Positions 19,356 through 28,601 of a DNA stretch of 64,000 nt are shown here, piece by piece; position 1 is the stretch's first letter, and every line of letters starts with the position of its first letter. The stretch is from Candidatus Delongbacteria bacterium (lineage in GTDB: Bacteria; CAIWAD01): assembly GCA_963663545.1 (NCBI GenBank), contig OY760505.1:1760001-1824000 (forward strand), read 5' to 3'. The translations under genes and the position numbers were made by a program. The notes below the pieces were generated by a model. It saw only the letters and a list, made by a program, of their open reading frames with translations. It was not told where the DNA came from and ran no database searches.

Positions 19356-20252
19356 TTACTTCTTCCTGCTAACCTGACGATCATGCCACTCGATCAGCAC
19401 TGGCGAAGCGACGAAGACCGACGAGTACGTACCCACGATAACGCCCAACATCAGCGCAAAGACCATATTGTGCAGCGAGTCTCCGCCAAAGATAAAAAGC
19501 ACGACCACTACGAACAAGGTGGTCAAAGACGTCAGAAGCGTACGACTCAGCGTCTGGTTGATGCTCGTATTCACGGTTGACTTATAACCCGTGCCGCGCA
19601 TCTTCTTCACGTTTTCACGAATACGATCGTAGACCACGATGGTATCGTTCAACGAATAACCGACGATGGTAAGCACAGCGGCAATAATGGGCAGACTGAT
19701 CTCGATTTTGAAGAGCGAGAAAATGCCCAGTGTCACCAGCACATCGTGAACCAAGGCCAGCAGTGCACCGACGGCGTACATGAACTCGAAGCGCACGGTA
19801 ATGTAGATTACTACCAGCACCATGGCCCACAACACGGCCCAGGTCGCGTCCCAGCGCAGCTCTTCGCCAACGCGCGGACCGATCTTGTTCATACTGCGCA
19901 GTTCGTGCGGATTGTTGGGAAAACCCTCCGTCAAGGCGGCTTCCACATCGTTATGCTCGTGACCTTCTTCGGTCTGCAGCTTGATCATCCACTCATCATG
20001 CGACCCGTCGCCCGTAAGCGAGGTGACTTCAACCGGCAGGTTGTGTCCGACCAAGCAATCACGCAAGTCGCCTTCGGTGATGTGCTGATCGAAACGATAC
20101 TGTAGCTCGGTACCACCCGTGAAGTCGATGCTGGTCTCGAAGCCGCGAAAGAGGATCGAAGCCAAGCCAATCAGGATGATGATACCCGACACCGACAGAG
20201 CGATAAAACGCGCTCCGACGAAGTTGATGTTGGTCTCTTTAAAGATTTGCAT
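19356..20252 (-). CDS. secF: Protein translocase subunit SecF
   Basis: IDFTGGT, IGPRVGEEL, ALVHDV, GYSLNDTIVVYDRIRE, GTYSSVFVA. Confidence 0.96.
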   Translation of the reverse strand: MQIFKETNINFVGARFIALSVSGIIILIGLASILFRGFETSIDFTGGTELQYRFDQHITEGDLRDCLVGHNLPVEVTSLTGDGSHDEWMIKLQTEEGHEHNDVEAALTEGFPNNPHELRSMNKIGPRVGEELRWDATWAVLWAMVLVVIYITVRFEFMYAVGALLALVHDVLVTLGIFSLFKIEISLPIIAAVLTIVGYSLNDTIVVYDRIRENVKKMRGTGYKSTVNTSINQTLSRTLLTSLTTLFVVVVLFIFGGDSLHNMVFALMLGVIVGTYSSVFVASPVLIEWHDRQVSRKK

Positions 20253-20261
20253 GGCTCAACC

Positions 20262-22181
20262 TCAGATACTCAGCTTCGCTGACTTGTTGTCGTAATCCGT
20301 CAGCATATCAAAGAGCAGGCGGGTTACCACAACGGCGGTGTACATGGAGCAGGCGATACCGATCATCAGCGTCAGCGCGAAGCCGCGAATCGGACCGGAA
20401 CCGAACTGATACAGCACCACACCGGCAATCAGGGTTGTGACGTTGGCGTCAACGATAGTACGGAAGGCAGAGCTGTAACCGGCTTCCACAGCCGACCGCA
20501 CCGTCTTGCCCGCTCGTAGCTCTTCCTTGATGCGTTCCAGGATGAGCACGTTGGCGTCCACCGCCATACCAATGGTCAGCACGATACCGGCGATACCCGG
20601 CAGGGTCAGCGTGGCATTGAATCCGGCCAGAATGGCAAGGATGAAAAGCATGTTCAGCAACAAGGCTATAACAGCTCCCACACCCGACTTCTTGTAGAAG
20701 ACCATCATGAAGAGAATCACCATGACAAAACCCAGCACGGCCGAGAAGGCGCCCTTCTGCACGGACTCAAGACCCAGGCTGGGTCCAACCGTCCGCTCTT
20801 CCACCGGCTTGACCGTGGACGGCAAGGCACCGTGGCGCAGCAGGTTGGCCAGTTCTTTGGCCTCATCGATGCTGTCCAGACCCTCAATGATCGCGCGGCC
20901 ATTGGGAATCTTGCTACGAATGTTTGGGGCCATGAACACCCTGTCATCCAGCACAATGGCCAGACGGCGGTTGATGTTATCACCCGTGACACGCGCAAAG
21001 ATGCGGGCACCATCGTTGTTGAGCTCAAGCTCGACGATGGAAGCACCAGCGTTTCCAGTGTTGTAGCCCTGATCGATGTTGACGCCAGCAGTCTTCAGAT
21101 ACTTGCCAGACAACTCGGCCTGGGTGCGCACCATGAAGAGCTCGGCATACTCGCGCTCGCCCATGGACTCGGTACGACCGAAGAGGAATTCGCTACCCGG
21201 CGGGATCAGCTCCTGGATGGCCGGCGTCTCGAGAATCTCAACCAGATCCTCGCGATTCTCTGCCGGAACCAGATAGCTGTTGCGGCCTTGCATGACCACC
21301 ATCAGCGAGTACAGCGGATTTTCCGTGTCCTCGGCCAGATCAGTGGTTCCAGCATCAGCTGCCAGCGGATCGAAGTCCTCAACGCTGTCACCCTTGGCAA
21401 CCTTAGCGCTATCCTCCGCCGTGGGCGCAGACAGGCTTGCGGTCTCCGCGGGAACCTCGCTTCCGTCTCCAACTGCCTCGGCCAACTCTGCAGCCGCAGC
21501 GCCCTGCTCACCATGTACTGGATGGTTGCGCAGGTAGTCGTTGATGGATTCGAGCACCATGTTGGTCTTCGCGACCTCTTCCACCAGTTTGAACTCAAGC
21601 AGCGCCGTACGGCCAATCATGCGACGGGCCGCTTCGGGATCGTTCACACCGGCCAGTTCGACCACAATGCGGCGATTGCCCTGCTTGGTGATGGAAGGTT
21701 CCTGAAGACCGGAACCGTCGACGCGGTTACGCAGAATGACCAGCGAGTTGTCCACTGCTTCAATGGCCTGCTGCCTGAGATCAGTAATGATCTCGTCATT
21801 GGTCTGATGCAGGTCACCGAAGTACTCGTGGAGCTGAACATCGGCAAACTCACTCTGAAACTCGGACCAGAAGTCGGAAGTGGCCGTCAGCTTGTTCTGC
21901 AGCTCAGTGATGTGAGCCTCGAACCGGCTGTCCTTGTTGTCCGCAAGTCCGCGGACCAACTCCACCATGTCGACTTCAAGTACGACACGCATACCGCCCT
22001 GCAGGTCCAAACCCTGCTTGATGGAATTGCTGCGCAGACTCACCTGGGCTTCACGATCCAAGGCATCAAAGCTTGCCTGGTCAATGGTAGCCAGTCGGAT
22101 GGTCGGGTAGATCTTCCAGGCAGCCAGTGCAACCAGCAGTCCCAGGATGATCCAGCGCAGTCTGTTGTTCTGTTGACGCAT
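20262..22181 (-). CDS. secD: Protein translocase subunit SecD
   Basis: GLDLQGG, RNRVD, VGPSLG, LTLPGIAGIVLTIGMAVDANVLI.ERIKEE; GGAGG SD before ATG 22181. Confidence 0.96.
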   Translation of the reverse strand: MRQQNNRLRWIILGLLVALAAWKIYPTIRLATIDQASFDALDREAQVSLRSNSIKQGLDLQGGMRVVLEVDMVELVRGLADNKDSRFEAHITELQNKLTATSDFWSEFQSEFADVQLHEYFGDLHQTNDEIITDLRQQAIEAVDNSLVILRNRVDGSGLQEPSITKQGNRRIVVELAGVNDPEAARRMIGRTALLEFKLVEEVAKTNMVLESINDYLRNHPVHGEQGAAAAELAEAVGDGSEVPAETASLSAPTAEDSAKVAKGDSVEDFDPLAADAGTTDLAEDTENPLYSLMVVMQGRNSYLVPAENREDLVEILETPAIQELIPPGSEFLFGRTESMGEREYAELFMVRTQAELSGKYLKTAGVNIDQGYNTGNAGASIVELELNNDGARIFARVTGDNINRRLAIVLDDRVFMAPNIRSKIPNGRAIIEGLDSIDEAKELANLLRHGALPSTVKPVEERTVGPSLGLESVQKGAFSAVLGFVMVILFMMVFYKKSGVGAVIALLLNMLFILAILAGFNATLTLPGIAGIVLTIGMAVDANVLILERIKEELRAGKTVRSAVEAGYSSAFRTIVDANVTTLIAGVVLYQFGSGPIRGFALTLMIGIACSMYTAVVVTRLLFDMLTDYDNKSAKLSI

Positions 22182-22300
22182 TGAGTTCAATGCCTCCGAA
22201 CTCGACAAAGCTGTAAAATTTGCAAACAAGTAAGTTAGCGCAGCTAACAACGAGAGTCAACTCGATCCAAAGCAACCGACAACATATCAGGAGCGAGTCG

Positions 22301-22882
22301 ATGAGCGACCGGAATACAAACCCGTGGACGATAAAGAGTAGCAAGGAACTGCTACTCACGCCGTGGTTCCGTATGCGACAGGACGCTGTCCTTGACCCGT
22401 CCGGAAAGCCGGGCACCTACTTCGTCATCGAAGCACGTCCCGCTCTGGGCGTGGTCGCGCTAACCGCGCGTAACACAATAGTTCTTGTTGGCCAGTACCG
22501 CTACCCCCTCAATGCGTGGTCTTGGGAGATTCCGGAAGGTGGCGGCGAACCGGGCGAAGACCTGCAGACCGCTGCGGCCCGCGAGCTGGCCGAAGAGACC
22601 GGCTACCAGGCGACAGTGTGGGAAAAGCTTGGCCATGTGCACACCTCAAACTGCTTCACCAATGAGACCGGTTACATTTTTCTTGCCCGCGAACTTGTCG
22701 CGGGCGAGGCCAGACCCGATTCAACCGAGAAGCTGGAGGTGATAGAGGTCGGCCTGAAGGAGGCGCTAGCGATGATCCGCCATGGCGAGATAACCGATGC
22801 AATTTCTGTGGCCGCTCTGTATTTCTACCGTGACCGGCTTGAGCAGTGCGACTCCGAGAACGCAACAACACTTGCCAGGTAA
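22301..22882 (+). CDS. NUDIX hydrolase (ADP-ribose pyrophosphatase-like)
   Basis: Nudix box GGGEPGEDLQTAAARELAEETGY, plus QYRYP; AGGAG SD. Confidence 0.9.
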   Translation: MSDRNTNPWTIKSSKELLLTPWFRMRQDAVLDPSGKPGTYFVIEARPALGVVALTARNTIVLVGQYRYPLNAWSWEIPEGGGEPGEDLQTAAARELAEETGYQATVWEKLGHVHTSNCFTNETGYIFLARELVAGEARPDSTEKLEVIEVGLKEALAMIRHGEITDAISVAALYFYRDRLEQCDSENATTLAR

Positions 22883-22930
22883 CTGGCGTCATTTGCTATA
22901 CTGTTGCGTTGCTGTTAAAACGGAGAAGGA

Positions 22931-23788
22931 ATGGCCCAGGAGAAGAACAGAGTATCCCGCACTTCGGCATCCCTCCAGCGTGTGCTGGTTGTTGCAGCCC
23001 AACTGGGCGGGATGGCGATTCTGGTTTTCCTGGCCACCAGGCTCTTCACGGATATCGGTTCGCAGCGAATCATCAACGACAACGTGCGATTGCAGCGTCT
23101 GCTGACCAAGGCCAACTCGCGCCTTGACCTGCTGGAAAATCTCGTAGACAGCCTGCAGACTACCGATCACCACTTGCGACAGTTGGCCAACCTAGAGCCC
23201 ATCTCCGACGATGTGCGCCGCATGGGTGTCGGTGGAACCGTATACGAAGGCTGGCCGCTTGTTTATGATGATATCGACCTTAGCTCACTGGACCAGATTG
23301 AGCGTGAGACACAGCTTCTTGGCCGCAGCCTCGAGGAAGTGGGTTCCGCGTTAACGCAGCACCTGGAAGAGCTGGCGCACATCCCGACCGTTCGCCCGGT
23401 CAAAGAAGGCTTTGTTAGCTCCGGTTACGGCTATCGCCTGGACCCGTTTACCAATCGCCGCCGCATGCATCGGGGCATTGATTTTCAAGCTCCCATCGGA
23501 ACCCCTGTCATCGCCCCCGCCGACGGTCGCGTTGTCCAAGCCAACCGAGTTTCCGGCTTCGGTCGCGTAATCAAGCTTGATCACGGTAACGGAATCGTCA
23601 CAGTGTATGCGCACCTGGCGCGCTATTCCGTTCGCGTTGGCCAGCAGATAACACGCGGCGAGCGTATTGGCGACGTGGGGAATTCAGGTCGATCCACGGG
23701 TCCGCACCTGCATTATGAGGTGCATGTCGATGGCCGCCACACCAATCCGCAGGACTTCATCCACGACGAATACGCCAACCTCGACTGA
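22931..23788 (+). CDS. M23 family metallopeptidase (murein hydrolase/activator)
   Basis: N-terminal TM helix and coiled coil, then HRGIDF, YAHL and STGPHLHYEV. Confidence 0.92.
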   Translation: MAQEKNRVSRTSASLQRVLVVAAQLGGMAILVFLATRLFTDIGSQRIINDNVRLQRLLTKANSRLDLLENLVDSLQTTDHHLRQLANLEPISDDVRRMGVGGTVYEGWPLVYDDIDLSSLDQIERETQLLGRSLEEVGSALTQHLEELAHIPTVRPVKEGFVSSGYGYRLDPFTNRRRMHRGIDFQAPIGTPVIAPADGRVVQANRVSGFGRVIKLDHGNGIVTVYAHLARYSVRVGQQITRGERIGDVGNSGRSTGPHLHYEVHVDGRHTNPQDFIHDEYANLD

Positions 23789-23913
23789 CACTCCTGCCAT
23801 CCCCGTCATCCTCTGCCACGATTACCTGTCGCACTTGTCATGACATGGCAGCCAACTTGCAGGAGTTCCACCTCATTATGATTATCATTCTTGTAAATTA
23901 TTGACTTACGATT

Positions 23914-23930
23914 TTGGCACACGTCTTGCC
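23914..23930 (+). promoter_or_regulatory. Sigma-54 (-24/-12) promoter of hsp20 copy 1
   Basis: TTGGCACACGTCTTGCC matches TGGCAC-N5-TTGC (GG-N10-GC). Confidence 0.75.
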
Positions 23931-24030
23931 TAGTCTTAGGCAAGGCCGACGGTGGCAGTAGGATGGCAAAACTACCTCCCCGCCGAAGGCCCCAACTGAC
24001 AATCAATAACTGAATAGAAGGAGGATCACC

Positions 24031-24441
24031 ATGATTCGCAATCTGATGCTGCCAACCCTCGTCAACCGCGAGATTGACCGGATGATGAACGGAATGGAAA
24101 GTGCCAGCGTCCCCAGCTACGTGGCCGCCGATCTGGTTGAACACGAATCTGGTTGGGAAATCCAGATGGATCTGCCTGGCTTGGGCCGCGAGGATGTTGA
24201 GATCTTTGTGGAGAACTCTGCGCTGGTGGTCAAGGGAGAACGCAAGGCGCCCACACTGGCGGTAAGCGATCGTTTACTCCAGCGTAACCGCGACTTCGGT
24301 CACTTCGAGAAGCGCTATCGCCTGACCGACCAGGTAAATGCGGATGGCATCAAGGCAAACATGGAGAATGGAGTGTTGATTCTGCACCTGCCCAAAGCCG
24401 AGCGCGCCCTTCCACGAAAAGTGGAGATCAAAATCGATTAG
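24031..24441 (+). CDS. Hsp20/alpha-crystallin small heat-shock protein
   Basis: DLPGL..EDV.I......L..KGERK, FGHFEKRYRL, A.MENGVL...LPK, C-terminal IxI motif; GGAGG SD. Confidence 0.93.
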   Translation: MIRNLMLPTLVNREIDRMMNGMESASVPSYVAADLVEHESGWEIQMDLPGLGREDVEIFVENSALVVKGERKAPTLAVSDRLLQRNRDFGHFEKRYRLTDQVNADGIKANMENGVLILHLPKAERALPRKVEIKID

Positions 24442-24476
24442 TCTGTAGCAATACCTCCAGTTCGAGTGTCCAGGGT

Positions 24477-24504
24477 AGCCCCGCTTCGGCGGGGCTGTTC
24501 TGTT
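24477..24504 (+). terminator. Intrinsic terminator after hsp20 copy 1
   Basis: AGCCCCGC-TTCG-GCGGGGCT followed by GTTCTGTT. Confidence 0.7.
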
Positions 24505-24637
24505 GTATCACGGCGAACTGCCATAGCGTCCGAACAAAGGCAGAGATCCCTGCCGTATCTGACAGTCCATGGCAGTCGATGAGCTCGCCACAACTTCTAC
24601 CACGACTCATGATCTTATTTTTCAATAAATTACAAAA

Positions 24638-24654
24638 CTGGCCCATGTCTTGCT
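24638..24654 (+). promoter_or_regulatory. Sigma-54 (-24/-12) promoter of hsp20 copy 2
   Basis: CTGGCCCATGTCTTGCT has GG-N10-GC spacing with TTGCT. Confidence 0.7.
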
Positions 24655-24720
24655 TAATAGCAGACATCATCGAATGGTGACAGAATTGAAAGCAAAGAAT
24701 CGAATAGAAAGGAATCCACC

Positions 24721-25113
24721 ATGTACGCCATGACCGTCCGTCCCCGCATCGACCGTCGTCCCCAGCAGTGCCAGGGCACCGAATTGCAGCAGCAGTTGCG
24801 CAGTGAGCTCGTGGAGCACGATCAGGGTTGGAGCATCAGCATGGATTTGCCCGGGCTTAGCCAGGACGAAGTCGAGGTGCTGATTGAGCAGGGTGAACTT
24901 GTAATCCGCGGCGAGCGCAAGCGTCCCGCGCGAGAAGGACAGCGAGTGCTACAGAGCACACGATTGTTCGGCAGCTTCGAAAAGCGCTATCGCCTGACAG
25001 AGCAGATCGACGCAAGCAGCGTGAAGGCTGACATGCAGGCCGGTGTGCTCACGGTTCATCTGGATCGAGCGCCGGAATCGCGCCCCCGTCGAGTGGAGAT
25101 TTCGGTGAACTAA
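24721..25113 (+). CDS. Hsp20/alpha-crystallin small heat-shock protein (tandem paralog)
   Basis: LVEH..GW.I.MDLPGL and FEKRYRLT are shared with the upstream copy. Confidence 0.92.
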   Translation: MYAMTVRPRIDRRPQQCQGTELQQQLRSELVEHDQGWSISMDLPGLSQDEVEVLIEQGELVIRGERKRPAREGQRVLQSTRLFGSFEKRYRLTEQIDASSVKADMQAGVLTVHLDRAPESRPRRVEISVN

Positions 25114-25144
25114 GAATCGCCTTCCATCACTTCTCAGGTTCCTT

Positions 25145-25180
25145 AAGCCGGGGTGCAGCATCGCCCCGGCTTCTCTTTGT
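25145..25180 (+). terminator. Intrinsic terminator after hsp20 copy 2
   Basis: AAGCCGGGGTG...CGCCCCGGCTT followed by CTCTTTGTT. Confidence 0.65.
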
Positions 25181-25222
25181 TAGCTTGAAACCTTCAACAA
25201 GCTCCAGGAATTCTGCGGTAAC

Positions 25223-25783
25223 ATGCTCCTGATTGAATGCATCCTTCTTGGACTGGCACTGGCGATGGACGCCTTTGCCGTGGCGCTGGTCGCCCGTTCT
25301 AGCGGGCGCTCGCGTGGCAAACGTGCAGCTTTTCGTTTGAGTTTTCACTTCGGCCTCTTCCAAGCCATAATGCCTGTACTTGGGTGGTTTGGCGGTAGCC
25401 TGATCGCGGACGCACTGGCGCGCTGGGATCATTGGCTGGCGTTTGGCCTCTTAGCCTTCATCGGTGGACGCATGCTCTTCGCTGGTGATGAGCTGGAAGA
25501 CAGGAAACCCAGCGATCCTTCGCGCGGCTTGATGCTGATCGGGCTTTCCGTCGCGGTAAGCATCGATGCCCTGGCTGTAGGCTTCAGCCTGGCCATGTTG
25601 CGGGTCAGGATTCTTCTCCCCGCCATTGTGATTGGTCTGGTTACAGCAGCGGTATCACTCCTGGCCGTTTTCCTGGGACGCTTCTGTGGGCGTCTCTTCG
25701 GTAAATGGATGGAAAAAGCCGGCGGTCTGCTACTGATTCTACTCGGCCTCAAGATTCTTGTATCACACCTGATAGCGGGTTAA
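25223..25783 (+). CDS. mntP: Manganese efflux pump MntP
   Basis: LAMDAFAVA, FGLFQAIMP.LGW, DHWLAF.LL..IG..M, SIDALAVG. Confidence 0.9.
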   Translation: MLLIECILLGLALAMDAFAVALVARSSGRSRGKRAAFRLSFHFGLFQAIMPVLGWFGGSLIADALARWDHWLAFGLLAFIGGRMLFAGDELEDRKPSDPSRGLMLIGLSVAVSIDALAVGFSLAMLRVRILLPAIVIGLVTAAVSLLAVFLGRFCGRLFGKWMEKAGGLLLILLGLKILVSHLIAG

Positions 25784-27498
25784 TTGCGAACCGCGCACAC
25801 ACGATAGAACAACGCAGCGTTCTCTTCGGGCATTGGCATTGTGCAACTCAGCACATCAGCGCCCGCGTGTAACACAAGGCTCTGCGGTGATACATGCTGC
25901 CACGGTTCTACCAGCTGATAAAGCGCATATCCGCTCACCAAAGGAACCGGTGTCCACGAAATCCGCAGCGTAGAATCGGCCAGAGCCTGAACCATCAGCT
26001 GTGGTGCTTCTGGTGGATCTGGGTCGAAGCTTCCACTAATTCGATACGCCGCATTCCAGGGCGCCTGCGAGCCATCCCCCTCGACACGAATCAAGTAGTC
26101 GCCCGCATCAAGATGACACTGTATCACAATCGGCGAATCCATGACAATTCTCTCTTCAATCAGTGAGTCCGCCAGCAACGCAAAGGATTGCGTGCCAGCA
26201 AGACGATCCGCCAGCACAAGCACCAATTCTCCTGGATATGAAAGCGTGACACGAAAATAATCCCTGTCCAGCACGGACTGGTTCATCTGTGTGCTCAGGA
26301 AGCCCTGGCAGGAAAAGGGCAGCGATAGCGGATAAGCAAACTGCGGCTCGTCGGGCTCATCCAGACCGCGCAGTACCTCGCTTACACGCCCGGTCTCGCT
26401 CGTGTGAAAAACCCCTGTCATCAGCAGTGTATCACCGCGATCGACCAGAAACTGCCTGTCCCGGCGCACAACGCCATCGCCATCACCAAGCCAGTCGATC
26501 CAGGTAGCTGTCAAGAACGTGTAGGCGACATCGTCGGGCAAGGGCATCTCGGGATTGTCGCGGGAGGCGTCAAGTGGGCTGTTGATTCCAACAATCAAGT
26601 CTTCCTCATCGCCGTCACAGTTAATGTCATGCGTGTGATACGAAAGAGTTGAGTCCAACATATCCAGCGTGGCCAGCCAGGGTTCACTACCGCCGAAGAG
26701 ATAGACGCCATTGTCCTGCACCGGGTCCGGCGCCCACCCGACAGGCAAATAGCCGTAGCGCAAATCGCGAACCGCATCTGTGCTTGTGTTGGGCGGAAAG
26801 ACCTCACGCTGGGCCTCTTCCTCTGCTGTGCGTCCCACGTTGACGAAATTCGAGCCCAGGTGCGGTGTACCAACCGTTAGCACCGCTGCCACGCAATGCC
26901 CCTGCGGCTGTTGGGGCTCAACCCACCAGCGCGGAAGGCCGTCCTCGCGGCGCTGCAGGTATTCGCGAATGGCCAGACCACCCATAGAGTGACCCACTAA
27001 AATGATGGCGGGTGCGGCGGTTTCGTCCAACACTTCCTGTATCACATGAGAAAGCGCATAAGCCTGCTTGCTGACAGCGGCGGCGTTGCTGAAGTCGAAG
27101 TAGTCATTCCAGAAGCCGCCGGCTCCGCGAATGCGTTCTTCGGCAAAATTGACGGCGAAGATATCAGAGGGCACCCAGCCGTCAACAGCGTCCTCAATCT
27201 CCCAGGCAAAGGAACGCCGACCTACATTGATCCATCGCGAGCCCGACTGAAAATCGTCCCAGCGTACGTCGTCCAACAGATTGGCATTGTTGTCATCATT
27301 GTCGGCGTTCAGCACCACATCAAACACATTGATGCCTTCCCCCCAGTCGGGACCGCTTAGGTCGGCGGTCAGGAACTCCATCAGCTCGCCAAAGCTGCGA
27401 TCATCGCTGTCCAGGCCATGTACAAAGAGGATTGGCAAGGGAGCCTGGGCAACGGCGCGCGCAGCCAGCAGCAGCAACAACAACATAGTCCAATGCAT
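25780..27498 (-). CDS. Secreted alpha/beta hydrolase (lipase/PGAP1-like) with a PPC-like domain and an FN3-like C-terminal domain
   Basis: Signal peptide; ILFVHG, nucleophile elbow VGHSMGG, GTPHLGS, GDGVV; ends ..FYRVCAVRN. Confidence 0.75.
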   Translation of the reverse strand: MHWTMLLLLLLAARAVAQAPLPILFVHGLDSDDRSFGELMEFLTADLSGPDWGEGINVFDVVLNADNDDNNANLLDDVRWDDFQSGSRWINVGRRSFAWEIEDAVDGWVPSDIFAVNFAEERIRGAGGFWNDYFDFSNAAAVSKQAYALSHVIQEVLDETAAPAIILVGHSMGGLAIREYLQRREDGLPRWWVEPQQPQGHCVAAVLTVGTPHLGSNFVNVGRTAEEEAQREVFPPNTSTDAVRDLRYGYLPVGWAPDPVQDNGVYLFGGSEPWLATLDMLDSTLSYHTHDINCDGDEEDLIVGINSPLDASRDNPEMPLPDDVAYTFLTATWIDWLGDGDGVVRRDRQFLVDRGDTLLMTGVFHTSETGRVSEVLRGLDEPDEPQFAYPLSLPFSCQGFLSTQMNQSVLDRDYFRVTLSYPGELVLVLADRLAGTQSFALLADSLIEERIVMDSPIVIQCHLDAGDYLIRVEGDGSQAPWNAAYRISGSFDPDPPEAPQLMVQALADSTLRISWTPVPLVSGYALYQLVEPWQHVSPQSLVLHAGADVLSCTMPMPEENAALFYRVCAVRN

Positions 27499-27533
27499 CC
27501 CTCGTCCTCCTCTATCGCTTCCGTCGAAATAAG

Positions 27534-28466
27534 CTAGCGGGCAAGAATCATCTTCCTGATCTGCTGAACGCCATCGCCCTGCAGGCGAAAGAAGTAAACG
27601 CCCGAAGGCAATTGGCTGGCTTCGAACGCGAGCTCGTGTGCGCCGGACTCCTGGAGTCCTTCGGCAAGCACGGCCACTTCCCGTCCCCGCAGATTGTGCA
27701 CACTCAGCCGTGCTTCCATCGTGTGCGCCAGAGTGTAACGGATGCGCGTGCTGGGATTGAAGGGATTCGGATAAGGCGTCGCCAACTCAAAGGCTGTCTC
27801 AACCGGACTGGCGGCGGCCACTTGCCCGGCCTCTTCCAGTATAAAATTGTCCCAGCGCTTTGTGCCATAGGTGTGCAGACCAATGGTTCCTGCGCCATAG
27901 AGGTAGGTATCCTCGTAGCTCGCCAGAAACTGACCGTCGAAAAACAGGCTGTAAACTCCGTTATCGTATTCGAGCATAGCGGTGTGCCATTCCTCGGGCA
28001 CCCAGTCTAGGGTTGCCGTGCCGCTGGCCAATCCCTGCCAACCTCCATTTCGGCAACCGACGCTCCAGCTAACTTCGGTCTGCGGTCCACCCCAGCTGCT
28101 CCAACCGCTTCCGCCTACGCTGAATTTCAAGCGGTGATCGGCATCCTGCCACATGCAGAAACAACCCAGGGCCTGATAGTAGGTAGTGTGCGATACATCG
28201 CGCTGACGGGTGAAATCCAGCGATGCCCGCCAATGATTCTCCGGCATCTCCACATCGGCCACCAAATCCGCCTGCGAGCAGCTTGGCGTGCCACAACTGA
28301 TTCCATAATTGGCAATCAGCTCTCCATTCGAAATCGACCAGCTTCCCCAATGCTGGTACCAGTGAGATAGATCGCCGGAAAAATCATCCTGAAACACCGG
28401 GGTCCATTGGGCGAGCGCACAAGAGCATAGCGCCAGCAGACCGCACAAGGGTAGCAACTTCTTCAT
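27534..28466 (-). CDS. T9SS type A sorting domain protein with a concanavalin/DUF1080-like beta-sandwich
   Basis: Signal peptide; FQDDFSG..W...GSWSI, WH....., GTIGL; CTD YPNPFNP...LPSGVYFFRL...KMILAR. Confidence 0.8.
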   Translation of the reverse strand: MKKLLPLCGLLALCSCALAQWTPVFQDDFSGDLSHWYQHWGSWSISNGELIANYGISCGTPSCSQADLVADVEMPENHWRASLDFTRQRDVSHTTYYQALGCFCMWQDADHRLKFSVGGSGWSSWGGPQTEVSWSVGCRNGGWQGLASGTATLDWVPEEWHTAMLEYDNGVYSLFFDGQFLASYEDTYLYGAGTIGLHTYGTKRWDNFILEEAGQVAAASPVETAFELATPYPNPFNPSTRIRYTLAHTMEARLSVHNLRGREVAVLAEGLQESGAHELAFEASQLPSGVYFFRLQGDGVQQIRKMILAR

Positions 28467-28601
28467 GGGGCTCTCCGTTTTCTCTTCTGTAAACGCGGGG
28501 GCACTCCCGCAGGAGCAATGTGCAGAGCCCGGATTAGCTTCACATGAAAAAAGGCGACGTGAAGGAGATTCACGCCGCCACTGTATTACGGCTGGACAGA
28601 A

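Noticed and set aside
25114..25222. yybP-ykoY (Mn) riboswitch upstream of mntP
   Set aside because: The region is short and largely taken up by the hsp20 terminator, and I see no recognisable aptamer.
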